Source of the DNA: Heterodontus francisci
Lineage: Eukaryota
NCBI RefSeq assembly: GCF_036365525.1
Contig: NW_027140515.1
Location: 558,001 to 622,000 of the forward strand
Length of the DNA: 64,000 nucleotides
Reading direction: 5' to 3'
Part shown: positions 54,188-64,000 of the stretch, in pieces
How the letters are laid out: each line of letters begins with the position of its first letter
Numbering within the stretch: position 1 is the stretch's first letter
Notes under the pieces: model-generated
Told to the model about the DNA's origin: nothing
What the model saw: only the letters and a program-made list of their open reading frames with translations
Databases searched by the model: none
Program-made: the position numbers and the translations under genes

Positions 54188-54452
54188 GGAGCTTTACTCT
54201 GTATCTAACCCCCGTACTGTACCTGGCCTGGGTAGTGTTTGATGGGGACAGTGTAGAGGGAGCTTTACTCTGTATCTAACCCCCGTACTGTACCTGTCCT
54301 GGGAGTGTTTGATGGGGGACAGTGTAGAGGGAGCTTTACTCTGTATCTAACCCCTGTCCTGGGAGTGTTTGATGGGGGACAGTGTAGAGGGAGCTTTACT
54401 CTGTATCTAACCCCTGTACTGTACCTGTCCTGGGAGTGTTTGATGGGACAAT
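54188..54452 (+). repeat. ~70-bp minisatellite (Tx1 target repeat), ~4 units; left part at 47895-47940
   Basis: Same unit as 34587-34808; the array is interrupted by Tx1 copy 2. Confidence 0.92.
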
Positions 54453-54573
54453 TGGGTCTAATTCTGGTGTCCGTGTTCAATTGGCAGGTTTGAATCGGGT
54501 GACGATCGCAGACTCTCGGTTACGTGGAGTTATTTTCCCTGGACCTGTGCAGGAGTGTAACCCCGCTTTCGTG

Positions 54574-55358
54574 ATGTTCTACTACAACAGCCCGTGTGGC
54601 CGAGTCCAGGAGTCGCTGCCCTCACCGCACTGGGAGTATGACAGTGACAGTTCCAGCCAGGGCTTCCCATGCTCCAAGTGCTCAGGGCCCAGCCAGAGCT
54701 TCATTGACTACCTGCTGTCTCAGGCTGCGGGCTCCGAACAGCCTGGCAGAGAATTCCAGCTTCCCGACTACCACCAAAGGGCTACCCGCGTCTTCCAGCC
54801 CACCCTGGACGAGATCGACGAGTTCCTTCTGGAGCACACCGGCCTGACGCTGAGAGGGGACAGCGGCTCGGAGGCTGGGCACCGGCCTCCGCGAGTGGGC
54901 TGCGAGGCCCAGGGAGGACAGGGGGCCTGCCCGAGGCCAGCGGGGGCAGGGGGCGAGCAGCAGCAGCAGCTGGCGCGGGCCGGGGGACAGGCGCCCTCCA
55001 GCTCCCCGGCACCCTCTCCCCTCCTCCTGCAGCTGCAGTGCTTGCGGGAGGGCCGGGGGCCGCTCTCCCAGCTGCTGGTCAGCATCCAGGGCCAGACCTA
55101 CGCCCTGGTGCCCCAGGTCGCCCCCTCCGCGGCCCCCCGGCAGTTCGTCCACATCGCTGCCAAGCTGTCGGCTCAGGGCCAGGCCGAGTCGGCCAGCAAG
55201 CCCCCCGGCCTCAGCTCGCCAGCCGTGCTGAAAGTGCACAAGTGCTCGTTCCCGGGCTGCAGCAAGATGTACCGGAAAAACAGTCACCTGAAAGCCCACA
55301 ACAGGCGGCACACTGGAGAAAAACCCTTCGCTTGTACCTGGCCTGGCTGTGAGTGGAG
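54574..55358 (+). CDS. KLF15: KLF15-like zinc-finger transcription factor, main coding exon (exon begins at 54488; start codon uncertain)
   Basis: KLF15-type motifs [30 protein letters not shown] and [16 protein letters not shown]; ZF1 [34 protein letters not shown]; donor AG|gtgagt. Probably a paralogue rather than the orthologue. Confidence 0.85.
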
Positions 55359-55389
55359 GTGAGTGGAGACTGCAGCGACCGCCAGTCAT

Positions 55390-55770
55390 TACATAGCACC
55401 ATTAACACCGTCAACTAAAAGCAATATCCCCAAAAACGCTTCCCAGCCGAAATCAGGCACCAGACGCAAAGGGACAGCTCACAAAGGCTGGGTCAAGGGC
55501 GTAAGATTTAAGGAGCGTCTTAAAGGAGGGTAGAGAGAGAGGCGGAGAGGTTTAGGGAGGGAATTCCAGAGATTCGGCCCCCCCCCCAGGCAGCTGAAGG
55601 CTCGACCGCCAATGGTGGAGCGATGGGAATCGGGGGGGGGGGGGGTGAAGAGGCCGGAATGGGAGGAGCGCAGAGATCTCGGAGGGTTGTGGGGGCTGGA
55701 GGAGGTTACAGAAATAGGGAGGGAGGGGGGGGGGAGCGAGGACCATGGAGGGATTTGAAAACGAGGATTA
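55390..55770 (-). mobile_element. L2 LINE 3' fragment in the KLF intron
   Basis: Reverse-complement similarity to the L2 fragment at 23100-23365 (YFCNLLQP, gccttcagctgcc, ctctggaattccctccc). Confidence 0.7.
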
Positions 55771-55837
55771 TAGATAAGAATGGAACCGGGTGAGCGCAGT
55801 CCGCTCTGATGGTCTGTTCCCTGTCTCTGTCCCGCAG

Positions 55838-56006
55838 GTTTTCCCGATCGGATGAACTATCTCGACACAAACGCTCACACTCTGGGATTAAGCCCTATCA
55901 GTGCTCGGTGTGCCAGAAGAGGTACGCTCGCAGCGATCACCTGTCCAAGCACGTCAAGATCCACCGCCTCCCGCGGTGCATCCGGGACACGCAGGCGACT
56001 CACTGA
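55838..56006 (+). CDS. KLF15: KLF15-like last exon ([55 protein letters not shown])
   Basis: KLF/Sp ZF2-ZF3 recognition helices; acceptor cccgcag; phase 2 matches the previous exon. A probable AATAAA lies at 57043. Confidence 0.9.
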
Positions 56007-56319
56007 CCACCTCCACGCTTAACCGCCACCCCCCCCCACCCCCCCCCCCCCCCACCCCGCCGCCACTCCCCGAGCGTCTAGACAAAAAGAAGACACAGGG
56101 CCTTCTCTCCGAGACGGGAGCAGGAGCAGACGGAAGACAGTCAGGATCCTCTGGCTGAAGCACAGCGAATCCGGGTCCAATGTCCGGCTTTTTACAGGGA
56201 GCGGTCTCCAATTATGAGACATCCTCCCCTCACTAATGGACAAGGCTGCTTTCTCAACAAGCACAGATTGATGGGGGGGGGGGGGGGGGGGGGGTTCCCT
56301 AACTCATGCTTCATAATCA

Positions 56320-56785
56320 CACAATCGTTAAGGGTGTAGAAGGAGGCCATTCGGCCCACCGTGTCTGCACCGGCTCTCTGAAAGAGCAATTCCCTCAGTT
56401 CCACTTCCCCCGCCATCTCCCCGTAACCCCGCACATTCGTCTTTTTCATATAACTGTCTAATTCCCTTTTGAATGCTCCAATCGAACCTGCCTCCACCAC
56501 GTTCTCAGGCAGCACATTCCAGACCTTAACCACTCGCTGCGTGAAAACGTTTCGTCCCCCCGTGTCACTTTTGCTTCTGTTGCCAAATACTTGAAATCCG
56601 TGCCCTCTCGTTCCCGATCCTTTCACGAGTTGGAACAGTTTCTCCCTATCCACTCTGTCCAGACCCCTCATGGTTTTGAACACCTCTATCAAATCACCTC
56701 TCAGCCTTCCCTTCTCCAAGGACAACAGTCCTGACTTCTCCAATCTATCTTCATAACTGAAATTCCTCATCCCTGGAACCATTCC
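56320..56785 (-). mobile_element. CR1-type LINE 3' fragment in the probable KLF15-like 3'UTR
   Basis: MVPGMRNFSYEDRLEK..RLRGDLIEVFK..WNVLP plus the tail. Confidence 0.85.
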
Positions 56786-57289
56786 AATCCCCACACAAAC
56801 TGGGGAGGATTCCCCCCCCCCCCCCCCACTCACTATCCCCACACAAACTGGATATTCCTCAGGGGGTGTCGGTGGGCGCTGGTCTCTGCATCTCGGGAGC
56901 TGTCGATGTGTGTCTGATCACTGGTGAAATACCTGTTGATCTTCATGAACTGGGGATTTATTCACATTATGTCTAGAAACCATTCTGAATTGTGATGATT
57001 GATTTGATTTCAGTATTTCTCAAGTGCAGGGAATTTCTTCTGAATAAATACTTAATATAATGATTGGATGTTATTTGATTGCTGTTCTCTCCACAATCCC
57101 TGTCTCACCGTCTGTTTCTCTTCTCCGTGTCGGATCCCTGTCTCTCTCTCGTTTCCTGTCGGATTCTGTTTTACTCTCTGCCACTTCGCCAGGCTCCATG
57201 GTCTCTGGCCTGTCCGCTCAGCCCCCCTCATTCCCCTCCCTCTCTGTGCCCCCCCCCCCAATTCCCCTCCCTCTCTTCGCACGAGGAGG

Positions 57290-57930
57290 GGGATGTACAG
57301 AGTAGATGGAGAGAAACTTCCTATTGGTGGAAGGATTGAGAACCAGAGGACACAGATTTAAAGTAATTGGCAGAAGAACCAATAGCGACACGAGGAAAAG
57401 CTTTTTATGCAGCGAGTGTTTAGGATCTGGAATGCACTGTCTGAGAGTGTGGCGGAGGCAGGTTCAGTGAGTGTTTAGGATCTGGAATGCACTGTCTGAG
57501 AGTGTGGCGGAGGCAGGTTCAGTGAGTGTTTAGGATCTGGAATGCACTGTCTGAGAGTGCGGCGGAGGCAGGCTCAGTGAGTGTTTAGGATCTGGAATGC
57601 ACTGTCTGAGAGTGCGGCGGAGGCAGGCTCAGTGAGTGTTTAGGATCTGGAATGCACTGTCTGAGAGTGCGGCGGAGGCAGGTTCAGTGAGTGTTTAGGA
57701 TCTGGAATGCACTGTCTGAGAGTGCGGCGGAGGCAGGTTCAGTGAGTGTTTAGGATCTGGAATGCACTGTCTGAGAGTGCGGCGGAGGCAGGTTCAGTGA
57801 GTGTTTAGGATCTGGAATGTATTGTCTGAGAGTGCGGTGGAGGCAGGTTCAGTGAGTCTTTAGGATGTGGAATGCACCGTCTGAGAGTGTGGTGGAGGCA
57901 GATTCAATCGAGACTTTCAAAAGACTGGAA
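57290..57930 (+). repeat. CR1 fragment with an internal 55-bp segment tandemly amplified 9 times (57414-57905)
   Basis: TAGGAT(C/G)TGG recurs every 55 bp from 57421 to 57861; the flanks continue as CR1 sequence. Confidence 0.88.
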
Positions 57931-57944
57931 TTGAAAAAGAATGT

Positions 57945-58305
57945 GACCCTCCCTCTCTCTCTCTGTGACCACCCCTCACCCCCCTCTCTCTGACCCTCCC
58001 GCTCCCCCTCTCTCTGTAACCACGCGCCCTCTCTCTCTCTCTGTAACCACCCCTCCCCTCCCTCTTTCTCTGACCATCCTGCACCCTCTCCCTCTCTGTG
58101 ACTTCCCCGTTCCTTTCTTTCTCTCTGTGACCACATTCCTCTCCCTCACTCTGTGACACCCCCTGCTCTCTTCTGTGACCCCCCCTTCCCTTCTCTCTCC
58201 GTGAACCCCCCCAGCTCCTTCATCTCTCTCTCTGTGACACCTCCAGCTCCCTTCTCTCTCCGTAACCCCCCCCCCCCCCAGCTCCCTTCTCTCTCTCTCT
58301 GTGTC
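57945..58305 (+). repeat. Pyrimidine-rich low-complexity repeat (CTCTCTGTGACC-type units)
   Basis: Directly visible. Confidence 0.75.
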
Positions 58306-58992
58306 CAGACGCAGACTCCTCTGTCTTGCTTCCCCTGTTGGTGAGGACACAGAGAAACCCTGACGTTGGCAGGGGCAGGGGGGACATGCAGCTGTCACCG
58401 CGGATCCCTGTGGATTCCCTTCCTGCTCCTGGATCACGTGGCGGAGAGTGGTTCTGCGCAGGGACCCAGCCAGCGACACAGACCTTCACCCTGATTCAGC
58501 AAACAACTGGTCAGTTCACCGGGGAGTGACGCTAAACACAGCTTGTAACAGCAATTCCACCATGGGCAGTAGTTTACTGTAGAATTAATAATTGATAACC
58601 TCACCGCCTATTGATGTCAGAACACTTCCGAAATAGGCACTAATATTTGATGGTAAATTTAGTTATTGACTTAGATCTTGAGATACCGGCATATTGGACA
58701 GGTTCCTCAAACGATCCAGCACAAGAAGGGCTCCATTCGACAGCACCTTCCAAACCCAGGACCTCGACCACCTAGAAGGACAAGGGCAGCAGACGCATGG
58801 GAACACCACCACCTGCAAGTTCCCCTCCAAGCCGCACACCATCCCGACTTGGGGAACTATATCGCCCTTTCCTTCACTGTCGCTGAGAGAAAGAGTCGGA
58901 GGGTTAGAAGCAGGGTCTTTTAAAAGGTCAGCTCTGTTAATAAGTAACTCGGTTGGGAACGAAGTATAAAGTCCCGTGGTACTTTTCATTTA

Positions 58993-58996
<4 letters not shown>

Positions 58997-59026
<30 letters not shown>
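58997..59026 (+). repeat. (CA)n microsatellite
   Basis: Directly visible. Confidence 0.9.
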
Positions 59027-59029
<3 letters not shown>

Positions 59030-59189
59030 GCAGACACGAAACCAGGGAAAAACAAGGCAATTACGTCAGTGATTGACGTTGTCGGCAGTCGCTGACGCCG
59101 TTTGGAGCAGAATCTTTCTCCCTCGTCAAGTTAGACACGCGTTGTCTTCAACATCCGAAAACATGGTGCGTACATTTCACACGCAGACA

Positions 59190-59502
59190 CGTATTCGGGA
59201 CAGGTGACCAACAGCTTAACCGTAGAGGCTGTTTTAAGAAGTGTCTTAAAAAGGGAGGAGAGGCGGAGACATTTAGGGAGGGAATTCCAGGGCTCAGGGG
59301 CCCCAGAATCTGACCCCCACTTTGACAGGATAAGCAAAGAGCATTTACGTGCAGAGAACTGGAGGAGCAAAGAGAAATTGGAGGGTTGTAAGGCTGGAGG
59401 AGGTTACAGAGATCGGGAGGGGAGGGTGAGGACATGGGCGGATTTGAAAACAACAATGAGAAGTTTAAAAGTGAGGCATTGGCAGACTGGAAGCCAATGC
59501 AG
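59190..59502 (-). mobile_element. L2 LINE 3' fragment
   Basis: LCNLLQPY, WNSLPK.LRLS..FKTLLKT. Confidence 0.7.
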
Positions 59503-59523
59503 CCTGCGACGTGACGTGTGCTA

Positions 59524-60007
59524 TAGAGAGAGAGGGGGAAATCAGCCAGGGTTCCTGCTCCCGATCACTGTCCAGTGACCCCTGGGTTAGAGAGAGGGGG
59601 AAATCAGTCAGGGTTCCTGCTCCCGATCACTGTCCAGTGACCCCTGGGTTAGAGAGAGGGGGAAATCAGCCAGGGTTCCTGCTCCCGATCACTGTCCAGT
59701 GACCCCTGGGTTAGAGAGAGGGGGAAATCAGCCAGGGTTCCTGCTCCCGATCACTGTCCAGTGACCCCTGGGTTAGAGAGAGAGGGGAAATCAGTCAGGG
59801 TTCCTGCTCCCGATCACTGTCCAGTGACCCCTGGGTTAGAGAGAGGGGGAAATCAGTCAGGGTTCCTGCTCCCGATCACTGTCCAGTGACCCCTGGGTTA
59901 GAGAGAGGGGGAAATCAGTCAGGGTTCCTGCTCCCGATCACTGTCCAGTGACCCCTGGGTTAGAGAGAGAGGGGAAATCAGTCAGGGTTCCTGCTCCCGA
60001 TCACTGT
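59524..60007 (+). repeat. ~62-bp minisatellite (AGAGAGAGGGGGAAATCAG(C/T)CAGGGTTCCTGCTCCCGATCACTGTCCAGTGACCCCTGGGTT), ~8 copies, running into a gap
   Basis: Directly visible. Confidence 0.93.
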
Positions 60008-60207
60008 NNNNNNNNNNNNNNNNNNNNNNNNNNNNNNNNNNNNNNNNNNNNNNNNNNNNNNNNNNNNNNNNNNNNNNNNNNNNNNNNNNNNNNNNNNNNN
60101 NNNNNNNNNNNNNNNNNNNNNNNNNNNNNNNNNNNNNNNNNNNNNNNNNNNNNNNNNNNNNNNNNNNNNNNNNNNNNNNNNNNNNNNNNNNNNNNNNNNN
60201 NNNNNNN
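60008..60207. other. 200-N scaffold gap
   Basis: Exactly 200 N. Confidence 0.95.
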
Positions 60208-60342
60208 TTGAGAGAGAGAGAGAGAGAGACCCAGGATAGTCAGAGAGAGAGAGAGAGACCCGGGATAGTGAGAAAGAGACCCGGGATAGTGAGAGAGAGA
60301 GAGACCCGGGATAGTGAGAGTGAGAGAGAGAGAGAGACCCAG

Positions 60343-60376
<34 letters not shown>

Positions 60377-60628
60377 CCCGGGATAGTGAGAGAGAGAGAG
60401 AGAGAGACCCAGGATAGTCAGAGAGAGAGAGAGAGACCGGGATAGTGAGAAAGAGAAAGAGACCCGGGATAGTGAGAGANNNNNNNNNNNNNNNNNNNNN
60501 NNNNNNNNNNNNNNNNNNNNNNNNNNNNNNNNNNNNNNNNNNNNNNNNNNNNNNNNNNNNNNNNNNNNNNNNNNNNNNNNNNNNNNNNNNNNNNNNNNNN
60601 NNNNNNNNNNNNNNNNNNAGAGACCCGG

Positions 60629-60659
<31 letters not shown>

Positions 60660-60785
60660 ACCCGGGATAGTGAGAGAGAGAGAAAGAGAGAGAGACCCGG
60701 GATAGTGAGAGAGAGAGAGAGACCCGGGATAGTGAGAGAGAGAGAGACCCGGGATAGTGAGAGAGAGAGAGAGAGAGAGACCCGG

Positions 60786-60816
<31 letters not shown>

Positions 60817-61556
60817 ACCCGGGATAGCGAGAGAGAGAGAGAGAGACCCGGGATAGTGAGAGAGAGAAAGAGACCCGGGATAGTGAGAGAGAGAGAGACC
60901 CGGGATAGTGAGAGAGAGAGAGAGAGAGAGACCCGGGATAGTGAGAGAGAGANNNNNNNNNNNNNNNNNNNNNNNNNNNNNNNNNNNNNNNNNNNNNNNN
61001 NNNNNNNNNNNNNNNNNNNNNNNNNNNNNNNNNNNNNNNNNNNNNNNNNNNNNNNNNNNNNNNNNNNNNNNNNNNNNNNNNNNNNNNNNNNNNNNNNNNN
61101 NNNNNNNNNNNNNNNNNNNNNNNNNNNNNNNNNNNNNNNNNNNNNNNNNNNNNNNNNNNNNNNNNNNNNNAGAGAGAGANNNNNNNNNNNNNNNNNNNNN
61201 NNNNNNNNNNNNNNNNNNNNNNNNNNNNNNNNNNNNNNNNNNNNNNNNNNNNNNNNNNNNNNNNNNNNNNNNNNNNNNNNNNNNNNNNNNNNNNNNNNNN
61301 NNNNNNNNNNNNNNNNNNNNNNNNNNGAGANNNNNNNNNNNNNNNNNNNNNNNNNNNNNNNNNNNNNNNNNNNNNNNNNNNNNNNNNNNNNNNNNNNNNN
61401 NNNNNNNNNNNNNNNNNNNNNNNNNNNNNNNNNNNNNNNNNNNNNNNNNNNNNNNNNNNNNNGAGAGAGACCCGGGATAGTGAGAGAGAGAGAGAGACCC
61501 AGGATAGGGAGAGAGAGAGAGAGACCCGGGATAGTGAGAGAGAGAGAGAGACCCGG

Positions 61557-61590
<34 letters not shown>

Positions 61591-63271
61591 CCCGGGATGG
61601 AGAGAGAGAGAGTCCCAGGATAGAGAGATAGGGAGAGACCCGGAATAGATAGACAGAGAGAGAGAGACCCGGTATAGAGTGTGAAAGAGACCCGGGATAG
61701 AGTGAGAGATAGAGACCTGGGATAGAGGGTGAGAGAGACCCGGGATAGGGAGAGAGGGAGAGACGGAAAGACCCAGGATGCAGAGAAGGAGAGATCAGAC
61801 ACCGGATGGAGAGAGAGAGTCCCAGGATAGAGAGAGAGAGAGAGAGAGAGACCCGAGATGGAGAGAGAGAGAGAGAGTCCCAGGATAGAGAGAGAGAGAG
61901 AGAGTCCCAGGATAGAGAGATAGGGAGAGACCCGGAATAGATAGACAGAGAGAGAGAGACCCGGTATAGAGTGTGAGAGAGACCCGGGATAGGGAGTGAT
62001 AGAGACCCGGGATCGGGAGAGAGAGAGAGACCCGGGATAGAGAGAGAGAGAGAGAGAGACCTGGGATAGTGAGAGAGACCCGGGATAGAGAGAGAGAGAG
62101 AGAGTGACCCGGGAGAGTGAGAGAGACCCGGGATAGAGAGAGGGAGAGAGTGGAGAGAGAGACCCGGGATAGTGAGAGAGAGAGAGAGACCCAGGATAGT
62201 GAGAGAGAGAGAGAGACCCGGGATAGTGAGAGAGAGACTGGGGATAGAGAGAGACCCGGGATAGAGAGAGAGAGAGAGTGAGAGACCTGGGATAGAGAGA
62301 GAGAGAGACCCGGGACAGAGAGAGAGAGACCCAGGATAGAGAGAGAGACCCAGGATGGAGAGAGAGACCCGGGATAGAGAGAGAGAGACCCAGGATGGAG
62401 AGAGAGACCCAGGATAGAGTGATAGAGAGAGACCCGGGATGGAGAGAGAGAGAGAGACCCAGGATAGAGAGAGAGAGAGACCCGGGACAGAGAGAGAGAG
62501 AGAGAGACCCAGGATAGAGTGGGAGAGAGAGACCCGGGATGGAGAGAGAGAGAGAGAGAGACCCGGGATAGAGTGAGAGATAGAGACCCGGGATGAAGGG
62601 TGAGAGAGTCCGGGATAGTGAGAGAGAGAAAGAGAGAGAGAGACCTGGGATAGAGGGTGAGAGAGACCTGGGATAGTGAGAGAGACCTGGGATAGTGAGA
62701 GAGACCCGGGATAGAGAGAGAGAGAGAGAGAGCCAGGATAGGGAGAGAGAGAGAGAGACCTGGAATAGACAGACAGAGAGAGAGAGAGACCCGGGATCGA
62801 GTGTGAGAGAGACCCGGGATAGAGTGTGAGAGAGACCCGGGATAGTGAGAGAGACCCGGGATAGGGAGAGAGAGAGACCCGGGATGGAGAGAGGGAGAGA
62901 CAGAAAGACCCAGGATGCAGAGAAAGAGAGAGGGACACCGGATGGAGAGAGAGAGAGAGTGACCCGGGATGGATAGAGAGAGACCCGGGATAGAGAGAGA
63001 GAGAGAGTGAGAGACCCGGGATAGAGAGAGAGAGAGACCTGGGATAGAGTGAGAGATAGAGACCCGGGATAGAGGGTGAGAGAGACCTGGGATAGAGAGA
63101 GAGAGAGAGACCCGGGATAGAGGGTGAGAGAGACCTGGGATAGAGAGAGAGAGAGAGAGACCCAGGATCGGGAGAGAGGGAGAGACAGAAAGACCCAGGA
63201 TGCAGAGGAAGAGAGAGACACACCGGATGGACAGAGAGAGAGGGACTCCCAGGATAGAGAGAGAGACCCGA

Positions 63272-63302
<31 letters not shown>

Positions 63303-63412
63303 TCCCAGGATGGAGAGAGAGAGACTGGGGATGGAGAGAGAGAGACTGGGGATAGAGAGAGAGAAAGAGAGACCCAGCATAGAGAGAGAGAGAGGGAGAC
63401 ATGGGATAGAGA
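60208..63412 (+). repeat. (GA)n/CCCGGGATAG complex satellite, same family and strand as 4644-22085, with several irregular N runs
   Basis: Directly visible. Confidence 0.95.
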
Positions 63413-64000
63413 GGTGCTGGGAGACCCTGAGCTGGGAGAGTCTCAGTTGGGAGAGTGGGTGCTGGGAGACCCTATGTTGGGAGACTCTGTGCTGGGACAG
63501 TGGGTGTTGGGAGAGTCTGTGCTGGGTGACCCTGTGCTGGGATAGCGGGTGCTGGGAGACCCTATGTTGGGAGACTCTGTGCAGGGACAATGGGTGCTGG
63601 GAAACTCTGCTGGGACAGGAGCTTCTGGAAAACTCTGTGTTGGGACAACAGCTGCTGGGAATCTTTCTCCTGGAACAGGGGCTGCTGGGAGACTGTGCGG
63701 GGACAGGGGCTTCTGGGAAACTCTGTGCTGGGACAGCAGCTGCTGGGAAACTTTCGGATGGGACAGGGCTTCTGGGAAAATCTGTGCTGGGACAGGGGCT
63801 TCTGGGAAACCCTGTGCTGGGACAGCAGCTGCTGGTGAACTCTGCTAGGACAGTGGGTGCTGGGAGACCCTGTGCTGGGACATTGGGTGCTGGGGGATTC
63901 TGTGCTGGGTCAGGGGCTTCTGGGAAATTCTGTGCTGGGACAGCAGCTGCTAGGAAACTTTGTGCTGAGACAGCGGCTGCTGGGAGACTCTGTGCTGGGA
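63413..64000 (+). repeat. ~30-bp degenerate minisatellite (CTCTGTGCTGGGACAGCAGCTGCTGGGAAA-like)
   Basis: Directly visible. Confidence 0.85.

Noticed and set aside
58735-58885. Probable interspersed-repeat fragment
   Set aside because: It looks like a LINE-derived piece, but I cannot assign a family without a search.
59055-59105. Cluster of three TGACG/CGTCA (CRE half-site) motifs
   Set aside because: No associated exon or TSS was identified, and such short motifs can occur by chance.
59978-63590. 1081-aa and 1116-aa ORFs
   Set aside because: Same satellite artefact, and they span gaps.

Overview
Vertebrate genomic DNA, GC-rich and repeat-dense. The repeat complement (CR1/HER1-type LINE fragments, a SacSINE1-like Deu-domain SINE, L2) suggests a cartilaginous fish; this is inference. 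Host genes: two internal exons of CCDC22 (-), a complete 207-aa Rab7a-like gene (+), a complete 98-aa LAGE3/Pcc1 gene (-) whose first intron has a U12-type donor, and a divergent KLF15-like gene (+). About a third of the window is a (GA)n/CCCGGG complex satellite, and most long ORFs in the supplied track are artefacts of it or of minisatellites. The standout feature is two independent full-length Tx1-group (L1 clade) non-LTR retrotransposons of about 6.6 and 6.2 kb. Both are inserted in the same orientation at the same base (...ACTCTGTATCTAACCCCG|T(G/A)CTGTAC...) of a ~70-bp dispersed minisatellite. This suggests a site-specific retrotransposon with a target I do not recognise among described Tx1 targets, with a trace of repeated insertion at one site. 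Two 200-N scaffold gaps (4444-4643, 60008-60207) bound the central contig. No searches were run; family assignments rest on motif recognition.
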